The notes under the pieces: model-generated | Databases searched by the model: none | The model's input: the letters and a program-made list of their open reading frames with translations, nothing else | Told to the model about the DNA's origin: nothing | Position numbers and translations under genes: made by a program | Origin: Takakia lepidozioides | Lineage: Eukaryota > Plantae > Bryophyta | Length of the DNA stretch: 64,000 bases | Assembly (NCBI GenBank): GCA_030704615.1 | Contig: CM060734.1 | Span: 13,764,001-13,828,000 of the forward strand | Direction of reading: 5' to 3' | In this document: piece after piece, positions 36,671 to 50,313 of the stretch | Position numbering within the stretch: the first letter of the stretch is position 1 | Layout of the letters: each line of letters begins with the position of its first letter

Positions 36671-39600
36671 CACTACTACGTTTAGGGGGGGTTAGCGACG
36701 CCGGGACCCCGGGCGCGCCAGACGCTCCCACGAAGACCTCCTGCGACTGCAGCGCCGCGCAGGCACCCGGCCCGAAAATTGCGACGTCGGCCCGTCGCCG
36801 CCGCGCCGCTCCGGTGACGCTTCGCCTGCTTGCGATTCCGGCAAGTCGCTGTTGTTGGGGATGACCCGCCAGCGAGCGTGGGTTGCAACGCCCGGGCGTC
36901 GCACTTACCCTCTGCGACGCTCCCGCAGGCTGTGACTGCCGGACGGATGGAACTCGCAACCAACACCCCCTCACACTTAGGCGCACGGGGAGGGGCCGAG
37001 TCAGGTCGCGCTGGGTTTGCGACGTCTAGACGTTCCGAAATGCCACAATGGCGAGGTTGCGATTCCCCGCAGTCGCATGCCTGCTGGGGCGTCGCAAGTG
37101 CCCTCTTGCCTGGGGGTCTAGGATGGGATTGCTGCTACGTAATAATTGTTTTTGGTTGTGTTTGTTCTATGAATTCGACCCTTGCACGACTACATCCGTG
37201 CAAAATATTGGATTAAAAATAAATAATAAATAATAAAGTGTTTTCTTCATTCACATTGCAGAACTCTCTATGAATAGTGCATGAAGTTTGAAGACAATTC
37301 AACTTTGGAGTGCAAATGAGGGAAGAAAGAAAATACGGTTTTGGGCCAAATGTTTTTTATTCACTCTCAAATTTTTCACGCACATTGCATATGCTGTCAT
37401 TAAGCATATGGTTTAAGAACGGAATAAAAATAAATCATGTGCAAACGAAAATGCAGTTTTTTTCGTCTCTAAAACACGTATATGTGTTCAATACTTGAAT
37501 GACCCATTGAATGAACTTGGTTCAAGTTCATATTTGGTCCACACGCGCTTAAGTATGTCCAAATCACATATGCAAAGTCTCAAAATATAAGCAACATTAA
37601 GAAATATGCTCATCAACAAATGCATGAACGAACGTGAGAAGATCAACGATTGGAGTGCAAATGAGGGAAGAAAATATGGTTTTGGGTGCAGATGATGTCT
37701 GTTCACTGCAAATTTTGCATGCACATGTTGTCATTAAGCATAATGATGGTTTAAGAATGGAATAAACTTATTTCCTGTCAACAGACTCTGGAATGTAAAG
37801 ACGCTGCAAGCTTTCCCTGTGATACAACAAAGACGAAAATGGATTTGGAAAACTAGGAAGTTTTGGCACTGAGTTGTTTTCTGAATTGAGACATTGGTTG
37901 GAGATGGAATGCATGGAGAATGCTTGCATTGTTTTTTTGCACTATCTCCATAGAAGGCCAACGATCGTTGAAGCTTTTAATTGCATAATAATTGATAAAG
38001 AGGCACAATAAGTAGAAGCAGAGATTGATATTATCACCCAGATGAAAGAACTGAAGCAAATCATTCTTGTTGGAGATCACTCGTTGTATAAAGGTTTGGC
38101 CTTATTTCAAAATCAACATCAAATCAAACTTAAATCAACAAATCATCAAATCAAATCATGAATACAATACAATTGCACATCGTTGCACTCCAGTTGCATG
38201 TCGTTGCCTTTGTGGGAGTTGTTTGAAATAATCACCTAAGTCGTAGCTAGCAGACATCCACTGTCAGGAGACAACATTGACATCTAGATACATCAGATAA
38301 CTTGTAGAGAACCTCGGGTTATGTGCATGCTAAACTTCTTTGATGACATCCTCGATTCCTTGACAAATTCGAAAGATTTTGTCACAGAACGACGCAATTG
38401 CAATCGCAAATACTCTCTGTCACAGAAAAACGCGCGCACATGCTCAGGTAGGATGGTAGAGAGAAGCACAACCTCGGATGATTTCGCTTTGTATATCGGA
38501 TGAGATCCCATAAACATTTCCACCTCCATGTGATTTACATAGGTAGAGTCTTGATGCCAATTTGCATCACTTGCTCCAGTTGCACGTCGTTGCCTTTGTG
38601 GGAGTTGTTTGACTTAATCACCTAAGTCGTAGCAGGCACCCAATGTTAGGAGACAACGTTGACATGTAGATACATCAGATAACTTCTAGGGAACCTTGGA
38701 CTAGGCGCATACTAAACTTCTTTGGTGGCATCCTCGATTCCTTGACAAATTCGAAATGTGGACAATCTCATCGAAAAAATCTAAGAGCTTGAGAAAGCAC
38801 CTCGGAATCTTAAGAAGGAGAGAGATAGACAACGGGGTTCTCCCTCCCCTCGAATGCCATCACAAAAAACTCGCGCACGATGCTCAGGTAGGATGGTAGA
38901 GATAAGCACAACATCGGATGAATTTCGCTTTGTAAAAGCTTTGGCTTTATTTCAAGATCGTGGTTGCTGCGAAAGAAGAGCAATTTTGCGAACGAGTTTG
39001 TGTTGCGGCAAGGAAGACATAGGCCATAAATTACGCACATTTCAATATGTAGAGGTTGCTTGGTTACAGTGCACTAATTTAAACCAGGATCGTCAAAAAG
39101 AAAGAACAATGCTGGTTGAACAATGCTCACAACTGCAAACAGTTCCAAACTATCATTAGAGTATCCCATGTTAGAGATGCAAGAAAGATAAGAGAATGAC
39201 TTAATGAGAATGACAAGAGAAGGACAAGAGAATGACTCACATGCTTAATGACTGCGTGTGCAATGTGCGTGCAAAATTTGGCAGTGAACAAAAGTCATTT
39301 GGACCCAAAACCATATTTTCCTCCATTATTTGCTCTCCAAGGTTGAGTTTTCTTCAACTTCATGCAGGGGGGATGAATATTTCTTCTTGATGTTCGTCAT
39401 TTGCAACTTTGCATATGTAATCTGAACATACTTAAGCACATGTGGACCAAAATATGGCTTGAACCAAGTTCAGTCAATGGGTCATTCGAGATTTCAACGA
39501 AACTACGTGTCGTGGAGACTAAATATTGTGTTTCGTCTGCACACAATTTTTTTATAATTCCACTTTCAAGCCATATGTTTAATGACAACATATGTAATGT

Positions 39601-40172
39601 ACGTGCAAAAATTGGGAGTAAACAAAAGTCATCTGGACCCAAAACCGTATTTTCTTCCCTCATTTGTACTCCAAAGTGAAGTTCTCTACAACTTCATGCA
39701 CTCTTCATAGAGAGTCTAAGAAAGTGAGCAAAGATTTTTTTATTTGTTTATTTGTTTTTGTTTTTTTGTCCAATATTTTGCACAGATGTAGTGGTGCAAG
39801 GGTTGAAATCACAAAAAAAAATTGAGTAAAACAAAAATCATTACGTACCAGAAATCCCCAATCCTAGACCCCCAGGCTGAGGGTTACTGCGACGTTTCCA
39901 GCGACGTTCAGGAGTCGCAACGTCACCATTTCCCTTGGACGCCCAGCTCGACGGTGGTTTATTGCGATGTCCCGTCGTCGCTAGGACGACCCCTCTAGCG
40001 ACGCTCCAGCAGGGCCGCGACGTTGGGGAGTCGCAGGATGCCATTTCCCCCTTGGCCGCCACGTGGCGAGGGCACGCCACCTCGCGGGGGTTACGACTGC
40101 TAGAAGTCACCCGTCAGCGGTAATGCGACGGGTCTGCGACGTCCGGGAGTCACAGAGAGGCCATATTTAGTG
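36671..40172. mobile_element. CACTA-like fold-back segment with long imperfect inverted arms
   Basis: CACTACTACG at 36671; GCGACG/GTCGC subterminal repeats at 36690-37100 and 39880-40150; 37108-37740 is inverted at ~39240-39877. TAGTG at 40168-40172, but the 3-bp flanks differ (ATT vs TCT). Confidence 0.6.
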
Positions 40173-40689
40173 TCTCTTTGCAAAGGTCATGCAGAGGCCA
40201 GGGTCAATTGATCCCCTTCTTCCCATCTTTATATATATTGCTCATTCTCTCTTGATGTATAATAGGGCTAGAGTTCTTTCTACCACCATTGGTGCCGATC
40301 CCAGCAAACTTGACGGCCGCCGCCACATCCTCCTCCTCATCCCCTCACAGGTGGGATGATGATTTTTTGCACATGCACTGATTTTTTTATTCCGTTCCCA
40401 AGCCATATGCTTAATGACAGCGTTTGCAATGCGTGTGCAATTTTTGGGAGTGAACAAAAATCATTTGGACTGAAAACCATATTTGCTTCCCTCATTTGCA
40501 CTCCCAAGTTGAGTTTTTTTCAACTTCATGCACTCTCCATAGAGGCGCTTCCACAATAGGTGAGTGAAGGAAACTCTGTTTTTTTTTTGTTTTTTGTTTT
40601 TTGTTTTGGTCCAATTTTTTCCATGGATTGTAGTGGTGTCTGGGTTTGCATTCATAGAACAAAATAGAGCTAAAACAAAAATCACTTAC

Positions 40690-43100
40690 ACGTCTTTTGG
40701 TCTGTGGAAAGTGACAATGGAAATCATACAAAACATGCAATAACCACATGCATGCATAGCAATATTGATGGTGTTTTTGTGGAATATGTACCACCCAATA
40801 TGACAACTCGTAGAAGATTGAAAGCCGCTTCATGCCGAGCACCTCCACTTCACCGGACCCTCCGAAGGGCCTCCTTCCAGCGGTCTTCCAACAGTGCCGG
40901 ATGGTGTCACAGGTGGGCGGGTGGTGGGGACGTAAAGTCCAATTGCCATCAAACAAGTGGTTGTCTCTTCTTCTCCCAATGATGGCTCCTAGGAGAAAAT
41001 TGCTGTTTGGGTAGTTGGGATACACCATCTTGTGAAGATTGCTGGGCTTTGTGCATTAAGTTCATCGCCACAATGCGGCATGCGTGGTACCCTTTAGTGC
41101 TCAACCCCGAGCAAACAGTAAGTCCTGTAGACATTCCGCCACATTAGGAAAGACAAAAGTTTCCATATGCATCACCCCAACTACGGTGCAGAAGACTGTC
41201 GCCGCTACTTCAATCATCCCAATCCTCATCAATATCCCTTGACAGGTAAATGTACGCGGGTTTCCCATGGGAAACATAATTACCTGGAAACTAATATACA
41301 GGGTAATCATGATTGTCCAAAGCAATATGCCTCTCTCTGGAAAAAGATTGTCCGGCAATAGGGTCAAGTGAAGCATCCATGCAAGGACCCCCCTCCATAG
41401 CTCCTTCAGTTCATCAACTAGAGTTGCAAGTACTTGTCTCATGTCTTTCAATGGTTTTTCCCTATGAGACATTCACACCATCACGTAATGGTTGCACATG
41501 CTCCCACCATGCTAATTATACTTCATAATGAATGACATTTATTACATGATTACGTCACTCATCAATCGTTCCATCGGAATTGCGCCCAAAGAGAAGAAGA
41601 TTAATGTAAAATCCAAGAAAAGAATAAAAGCTGAAATGGGAACCCACTCACCCGGCTAACCATGGCAGGCCAACATGATATGGCTTTTTTTTTATTGAAA
41701 GACGGAGGGATGGTAAGCGGATGTGTGGAATTCACCATGCGTCACAGGCCAAGTGCCAAGTGGAAAGGACTACATGATTGGACAGAGTATGGGTGACCCC
41801 ATCCGAGGAGAAGGGGAGAAGCCGGGCGGACATGTCGTGGGTCTCCAGAGAAAAAGGCCACATTCTTTAGTATGCCTCCATGATTGTGAATATTGGTGGA
41901 CCCCGCAAACCTTTCCCGGCGGGGCTCCGAGCGAGGCGTGCCATCTCATCAGTTGTGCCAATGAGGGGCTTCGGTAGTGTGCCTGCAGTCGCGAGATGAT
42001 GGAAAGTAGTGCATTTCTGGCACCATCTCATGTCGGTCCCATATCATAATCAGTGTAATTCATATCTCTAAGAAAACCGTACGTCTTGTAGCAGTTGCAA
42101 AAAGATAGAATGCAATATACAAGTGTATTGTGGCGTGGGTTTACCTTGCGCGGGGCTTTCTTCCTTGAACATCACCCGATATCGGTCTTTGTTGCACTTT
42201 GGACACTGGTGAGTTTCGCATCTTCTCCGTAGTACAGGGTTTTATCACATGGACATGCAGAAAATCTTATAGCCCATCCCCAGAGCATCCAAGGCTGCTT
42301 TGCCTCTTTTCTTGATAGTGGCATTCTCGGCTTCAAATGTGGGGCAAGGATGTAGTCCGCAATAGTCCGCATTATGGCGGAGATACCCACATTGCTTGAT
42401 GCCAAACCGGATTTGCAAATTCAGCAACAACAAGATGGTTGAAAGTCTACTCACTTGGCCCCGTCGCTATAAGGAGTTTTGGCTTCTTTTTCCATGTCAT
42501 TCAAAGAGTCTGTATCCTCATTACCATCTGATGCATTAAGAGCGTCCCCATTGCTGCCACATCCTCATGCCATAATTCCATTGTCATTGTTGTCATCATC
42601 ATCGGAGACCGCAATTTCAGACGGGGTCGGGTCCATTTGATACGCACCCCCTCCGAAGGAACAAATCCCGGTTCATGACAAGATCATGAACTTCATGAAA
42701 TTAACGTCATGGGGTTGTGGCCGGCATCCTAAGATGCCAAAACAACCATGTCATTAGAATTTCCAACCGGCGTTGTTCATTATCATACAAGATAAAACCA
42801 AAGTACACTTTCACACGAGGGGCGATACATACATTGCTTCACCACATGAAGGAAGACACTATATAATTAAAAAATACCCAAATTCACATATAAACTCCCT
42901 TGAATATAGCATGAAAAAATATGTCATCCATAATACACATCAATGCCTATGTATATATATACACGGTGGAGGAAGCCACCTCAATGTACAAAATGTCTTC
43001 CTACGTCCATCTACACATGATGAAACGTGCTAACGCCTAAAGTCATACTCTGCAAACAAACTCCTCTCCAGCCCTAATGGTCCTCCTTGCACATGTCATC
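40690..43100 (-). pseudogene. CACTA/EnSpm transposase (Tnp2/TnpD-like), decayed, with introns
   Basis: ACPCDKTLYY; LMRWHAS; LVDELKELWRGV; RGILLWTI; GLSTKGYHAC; KRLSIFYELSYW. GCGACG subterminal repeats recur upstream at 45220-45640. Confidence 0.85.
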
Positions 43101-45652
43101 ACAAAGTGGTGATGTTAGGATCCAATCTACTATCCCGGTCATGGCGCTCATCCCAAATACACTTTGTTGGCGGTGTGGCCCGGCGGTTAAGGTAAATGAA
43201 CGGTTGATGAGCCCAGCCACGTTGCCGTACACATCGGGGTTTCCGTCAACTATAAATATGGGCTTTGCACTAAATTTCTCGCCCTTACATCTTGTCGTTC
43301 ACAACAAGGATGTAAGTAGGGATCAGGGACCCAAGGCCGGGTGTCTACAATTAATTGCCACTCCCGGTGGGGGTCCCTCGGCCCCAAATAGGGGAACAAA
43401 TCCACAGAATCCTCTCCTCCCCCCAAAATACATCCTCCATCAAAAAAAGTCCGCGACCCATTCTAGGGTCCATTGCCTCCATCACGCAATACATGCGACC
43501 CCAACAACAAGAAAGGGCTCACCCTCGGGAATCGGAATTGGACACAAGGACAAGACATTGTAGAAATGGGGTTGGACTCCCATCGTGAATAAGCTCCCTA
43601 GCACCATGATGACGTTTATGGTGCCGTCCTCAGGCCGGCGAAGGCGCGGACCAATCGTGCCGAAACACTTCGGTCCACCTCTCATAGGGGGCGGCGCCCG
43701 TCCATCACTTCGGGGGCCTCGTCTCCCGGAGTGGGAAACTAGTGATCCTCGGTCCCAGTATACACAGTCCCTAAAAGGTGGTGGGATCCATCCGGGTTCT
43801 GCCGGAGGACCCGGATATGGACTCGGTGGGGCGGTGTGGTCTCGGACAAGGAGGGAAGGGACACGTAGGTTGTATGAGGGATCTCGCGTGGAGCGGTAGT
43901 ACTGGCCGAGATGGCGGGATGGCGATGGTGATGAGAAAGAACATGGCAATAGGAGGAAAAACGGACGATGCGGATGATGAGTGATGATGGGGGTTGCCGA
44001 TGTAAGGATGTTGAACTCGGACTCGGTGGGCGGCTGTTTGTGGTCCTCGGCAAGGAGGGGAAATGAACGTAGCCGGTCGGTATGAGGAACCTCGGATGGC
44101 AATGGTGGATGAGAAAGACCATCTACAATAGGAGGAACGGCCGATGCGGGGATGAGGGATGGTGATGATGGGGTGCCGATGTCAAGGATGACGAATGTGT
44201 GTGCGTAGGTGCAAGCGCTATGCCCGGTGCCCAAAATAGAAAAAATAGCATCGTACCCCGCTACCTCATAAACTGCATATACGTCATGTTGCATGGAAAA
44301 AAATGTTCACACTGGAACGGGGACTGGCGGTGGGCTCGTTAAGAAGGGAAGAAAACCCGCATCGGTATGTCTCTTCAGCAAAAAAATTGCCGAGCTTGGA
44401 TCATTAAGACGGGGCTGCAAGATGCATGATATGAAATGCATCAATAATCAATTCACAAACGCGAGGTTTCATTGATATAGTACTTTTAATTGAGGAGTAC
44501 GTGAAGAAGATATATGGACGACTTACCTTTGCTTGCATCAACAATCTCATACTTGGTGTAATGTTTTGCACAACATGGGGTTGCCACATCAATCGGTCTG
44601 GTCCTCCCAACGGTAGTCGTGCCCAACACCACTACACCAACACTCAATCTTGGGGAGGCGGTCCGGCGGGGGTCTCCCCGGGCTCATGCCTCTGGACTCG
44701 GCGGCCTACGACCTCGGGGTTGGTGGCTCGTGGGGGCAAAGCTGCGCGGAATGGCGATGCCGCCTAACTCATAGATGAGGCGAAGTGCTGTCTCGCCCTC
44801 AGCAGGTGGTGTGGCACAGCCGGCAACGATCCCAAGCATGGACATGTCGATATAAACACGCGGCAGACCTAGCACGAGAGAGAGAGTAGAGTACCGTATT
44901 GTGACCACTGTAACCTCCGGAGGAGTTACACTCCCAACCCTTGGAAAACTTGAAAAAAAAACCCACAAAACGTAAAGCCATATGTCCACCACACACAAAA
45001 ATGAAACCTAACAACAAAACTATATTGCAGCTAATCCTAAACTAATATATTATAACTAACCCTTAAACTAAATACTGAACCTAAACCCTTAGAGCCCAAA
45101 GACCCAAAAACCCAAATGATCCTTGCCAAATACCCATATAACCAAAAAACCATAAGAAAATAAAATAAAATTAAAATGAGAGGCCAACTCACCTTTGCCG
45201 CCAGATCTGCGTCTCCATGTTGACTGCCGTGCGACGTCCCCCTGCGACTTCCGCTGCGATGTCCCCCTGAGCAGCGACGCCCGTGCGATTCCACCAACGT
45301 CGCACGAGCGATCCTCCTCCTGCCAAGGTGTCGCCCTTCTCTCCCCTTCGCGAAAGGCGCCTGATCGCCGCCGAGGTTTCGGTCTGGGGTCGACCACACT
45401 CGCGTGCGAACGCGGTGCACCGACCGCAAAAAAAGAGAAAGATCACGATCTTCTAGATGATCTCTCTTCTCCCTCACTTCCCCAAAGATAAGAGACCACG
45501 AATTCTTGGTCCCTCCAGAAATCCCTACTTTGTTTTTTTTTTGCTCTCGAGCTATCCCAGGCACAACTACCCCCGCGAGCACCGGAGTGTTCGCACCGGC
45601 CCCGGCGGTGACGCCAGCACTGACGCGCCACGACGTTCAAACCTGCACGCGG

Positions 45653-47401
45653 CCCTCTCTCTCCCTCTCTCCCTCTATAAACTCTTTGGATTTCATCTGG
45701 CCTTACATTTGAGGTTATTTAGTTTTATCCCTTCCTTTTTCATCCAATCTGGATATTTTATTTTGATTGGATGATGAAACTTAATATACAGAAAGCTAGA
45801 GTTACCATCTATTTTTTCATCTAAACTGGATGATCTACATAAATAATGGTTACCTATTATAAAATCCAAGAGAATAATAAAACTACCATATAAATGATGG
45901 CAGTAATACTAAACTTAAACCTATACATAACCCTAAAAGATACATTTCTATGGGATGTCATTCCAGCCTGACCAACATCAGCTATCTGGTAAAATGTGAT
46001 ATTCATCCATCCTGGATGAAAAATCGGAAGTTTTGCCTAAGCAGGCCGACACACACTTCAAGCACTGAACTCGTGCTTCAGTGAACCCTTGATGATGCGC
46101 CGTATAAACCTGCTCCCCTGCTGTACATGGTACTCGTGATTGCTGGCTCTTGGGTGTGCGCAGGGTGGTTAAACATATTCTTCTTGGCGAGACGACAAAG
46201 CCGTGATTGCTCTGATCAGGAACTCATGTGTTCTTTATTTTGCAGCACGGCGCTTTTACTCCTTGTTGGGAGTACTCTATCCCTAGTTATCTACAGTACT
46301 TGTTGCTCCTCCCTCTTCGTGTATGAGCCACTACTAGTGTGAACGTTTCAGACTCTGATTGCGTTCTGTTGGACCCAGACACCCTGTTGGACGCCATGGG
46401 TTCAGGGGCTTACCACACAACAACTCGAGGTTTTTTGAGTTTACCATGCTTGAATTGTGATCTGTACTCTCGCTTTAGAATTCAACACTGACCTGGATAG
46501 CAACTGTGAAGACACCTGGCCACTTACTCGCTACAGTTCCTCACTAACACACACATCGCTATGTGGTGTTTTTTGGGACGGGCACAGGGTGGGTCTTCAC
46601 TTGTCTTGATTTCTTGAAGCTTGAAGTTCCTGTTTCTTGCAAGTGTGGATACTGCTGCGACCTAAGCTGCTGATGCCATCTGCTGGTTTCAAATGCCACC
46701 ATGCGCTTAGACTGCCTGCTCCACACCGAGTGCTCCAATGAGGATCTGCTTCTCTCCTTAACCCTGTTTACTGTTTTGCTACAACCACATTGCATGTGTA
46801 GGAGTTTAGCTAGGAAGGATACACAGGATACAAATAATAGCAGTTATTACTTTGACTGCCTTGATACCTGGCTCTGAAATGAGAACTCTTGGTATGACTC
46901 TGATGGATCAAAAGGACTAGGCTTTGATAGATAACAAACATTCTTCAAGGCCCTCATATCATTTTGGGTTCTGGCCTTGATAACCAAACTGGGGTTTCTG
47001 AGCTGCTCTTCACCTTGGCAGAACACTTTATGTGGCCTTAAAATACACCATTCTAGGCCTATACCTGATTTCAGGGGCTCTACACTGTTGTTTCACTTCT
47101 TCATTTTAGAATTTGCTTCTATATCTTGGTTCTATAACACATCATTTACCAATCACAAACCTGCAATCTGGTTTTGAAATGAGTTTAAAATGGATTTTGA
47201 GATGATGATGTGTACTATGGTGCTTTCATGATATGAATGACCTGGAATCCCACCTCCGCCCTGTTTTTCAGAGACCCTGAAATGTAATTGGGTATTCAAA
47301 TGAGATTGTAAACATGAAAGAGAAGTTTAGATGGTGCCTGTAAAGGGTGTTGTCTTTCATGACAATGACCTTAGCTTGTGTCCATGTCTTGACATGACAT
47401 G
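45653..47401 (+). repeat. Solo copy of the 1.74-kb Penelope-like terminal repeat U (inverted)
   Basis: Reverse complement of 47665-49405 and 50314-52058, with many indels. Confidence 0.9.
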
Positions 47402-47602
47402 CTAGTATCTGTGTTGACTACCCTCCTTTTTCTATTTTTCTGTTGAGCTGAGCTGGGACGGAGCGGTAATTCACCCAGACGTCCTGTTGGTTGAGCACCG
47501 CGGGAGGGACCGTCAGGGGAAGGGAGCTGCCCTCCCCTTCCTTCTCTTCTCTCTCTTCTCCCTCTTAGCTCCCCTCCCCTCTGCGCCCTTCTTTCTTCTT
47601 AT

Positions 47603-47639
<37 letters not shown>

Positions 47640-47664
47640 CCGTGTGTTTGGCGACCGGGCAGTG

Positions 47665-49405
47665 ATACATGTCATGTCAAGACAGGGCAAGACCGCTAAG
47701 GTCCTTTGTCATTGAATTGTCATTGAAAGACAAAACAGTCCTTTACAGGGCACCATCTAACATTCCCTTTCATGTTTACAATCTCATTTGAATACCCCAT
47801 TACATTTCAGGGTCTCTGAAAAAACAGGGCGGGGAGGGTGGGATTTCAGGTAATTCATATCATGAAAGCACCATAGTATGCATCATCATCTCAAAAATTC
47901 ATTTCAAAACTTATTTCAAAAACCAGATTGCAGGTTTGGTTTGAAGATGATGTTTTAGAACCAAGATATAAGCAAGATTCTTAAAAAGGAAGAAGAAACA
48001 AAAGGGTAGAGCCCCCTTAAGCAGGTATAGGCCTAGCATGGTATTTTAAGGCCTCATAAAATAGTTCTGCCAAGGTGAAAGAGCAGCTCTGTTTGTTATC
48101 AAGCCATGAAACCAAAATGATATGAGGGCCTTGAAGAATGTGTGTTATCTATCAAAGCCTATCCTTTGATCCATCAGAGTCATACCAAGAAGTTTCATTT
48201 CAGAGCCAAGTATCAAGGCAGTCAGAGTAATAACTGCTATTTTGTATCCTTGTATCCTTCATAGCTTAACTCCTACACATGCAAATGTGGTTGTAAAAAA
48301 CCAGAAACAGGGGTAAGGAGAGAAGCAGATCCTAATTGGAGCCATCTTGGAGCAGGTCTGAAGCGGCATGGTGGCAGTTTGAAACAGTAGATGGCATCAG
48401 CAGCATAGGCAGCAGCATAATCCACATTTGCAAGAACAGGAGCTGCAAGCTTTCAAGAAATCAAGACAAGTGAAGACCCTCACATGTGCCCGTCCCAAAA
48501 ACCACCACATAGCGATGTGTGTTAGTGAGGATGCAGCAGGTAAATGGCAGGTCTTCACAGTTGCTATCCATGTCAGTGTTGAATTCTAAAGCAAGTACAG
48601 ATCACAATTCAAGCAAGGGTAAACTCAAAAAACCTTGAGTGTTTGTGGTATGCCCTGCGCCATGGCGTCCAACAGATCGTCTCCAACAGAAAAAAATCAT
48701 ACTAGAAGCGTTCACAGATAGAGAATGGCTCATACACAAAGAGAGAGCAACATGTAATCTATAGATAAATAGGGATAGAGTACTTCCCAACAAGGAGTAA
48801 AAGCGCCGCTGCAAAATAAAGAACCATGAGTTTCTGATCAAAGCGATCACCGCTTTGTCGTCTGCCAGAGAAGAATCTATTGAACCACCAATGCGCATTC
48901 CAAGAGCCAGCCAACACGAGTACCATGTAGCAGCAAGGGAGCAGGTTTATACGGCGCATCATCAAGGTTTATTGAAGCACGAGTTCAGTGCTGTGAAGTG
49001 TGTCGGCCTGCTTAGGGCAAAACTTCCCGATTTTTCATCCAGGGTGGATGAAAAATCACATTTTACCAAGAGAGGCACTTTGTCAATGGATGACATCCCA
49101 TAGAAATGTATCTTTTAGGGTTATGGTATAGGCTTAGGTTTAATAACTGCCATCATTTATGATGGTAGTTTTATTATTCTCTTGGATTTTATAATAGGTA
49201 ACCATTATTTATGTAGATCATCCAGTTTAGATGAAAGAAATAGATGGTAAATCCAGCTTTCTGTACATTAAGTTTCATCACCCTATAATAAAATCATCCA
49301 GATTTGGATGAAAAAGGCTGGGATGAAAAACTAAATAACCTCAAAAGGTTTAGGCCAGATGAAATCCAAAGAGTTATAGAGGGAGAGGGAGAGAGGGAGA
49401 GAGAG
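47665..49405 (-). repeat. Solo copy of repeat U
   Basis: Collinear with 50314-52058 and 56229-57974, same end points. Confidence 0.92.
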
Positions 49406-50313
49406 AAAGAGAGAAAGAGAGGGAGAGATTTACTTTTATTTTTTGGGACCTGCACAAAGGAGAAGGAGAGAGAGGGAAAACGAGGGGGAGAGAGGAGAGG
49501 GAGAGAGGGAGAGACGGGAGAGAGGGAGGGAGAGGGATAGAGGGGGCCAAGAAAATAAAAAAAGAAGTGGGGGGGGTTTGACTGAGCAGCAGCAGCTCAG
49601 CCGCTCTCTGGTTTTTTTCTTTTCTGAGCAGCAGAGGGACAGGGACAGATGGAGGAGAGAGACAGAGAATGAGGGAAAAAAAAAAAAAAAAAAAAAAAAA
49701 GGTGGGGGGGAGTGACTGAGCAACAGCTCAGTCACTCCCCCTCCCCACCTTCATTTTTATTTATTTTTCCCTCAACACTCCTTCTCTCTCCACATCGTCA
49801 TGGGACAGAGGGAGAGATGAGGGAAAAGAGAGAGAGGGAGGGAGAAATGAGGGAAAAGAGGGAGAGAGAGGGAGAGATGAGGGAAAGAAAGAAAAAAAAA
49901 ATGTGGGGGGGGGTGGGGAGTGACTGAGCAGCAGCAACTGCTGAGCTGTTGCTGCTCAGTCACTCCCCCCCTCCACCTGTTTTTTTTTGTTTTTTCCCTC
50001 ATCACTCCCTCTCTCCCTCTCTCTCCACATCCGGATTGGACAGAGGGAAAGATGCGGGAAAAGAGGGAGAGAGAGGGACAAAAGGAGAGAGGGACAGAGA
50101 GAGCAAAGGAGAGAGAGGGACTGTTGAGGGAAAAAAAGAAAAACAAAAAGTGGGGCGGTGTGGGAGTGACTGAGCAGCAGCAGCTGCTGCTCAGTCACCC
50201 CCCCCCCCCCACATTTTTTTTTTTTTTTTTTTTTTTTTTTCCCCTGAACAGTCCATCTCTCTCTCTCTCTCTCTCTCCACATCTTCATGGGACAGAGGGA
50301 GAGATGAGGGAAA
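49406..50313. repeat. GA/TC low-complexity array with repeated palindromes
   Basis: GAGTGACTGAGC...GCTCAGTCACTC hairpins flanked by A/G and C/T runs; related tract at 57975-58400. Confidence 0.85.

Noticed and set aside
40168-40175. TAGTG as a confirmed CACTA right end
   Set aside because: Only 5 bp match the left terminus and there is no 3-bp TSD.
43482-44294. 270-aa ORF as a TnpA-like gene
   Set aside because: Built partly from a local tandem duplication; no recognisable domain.
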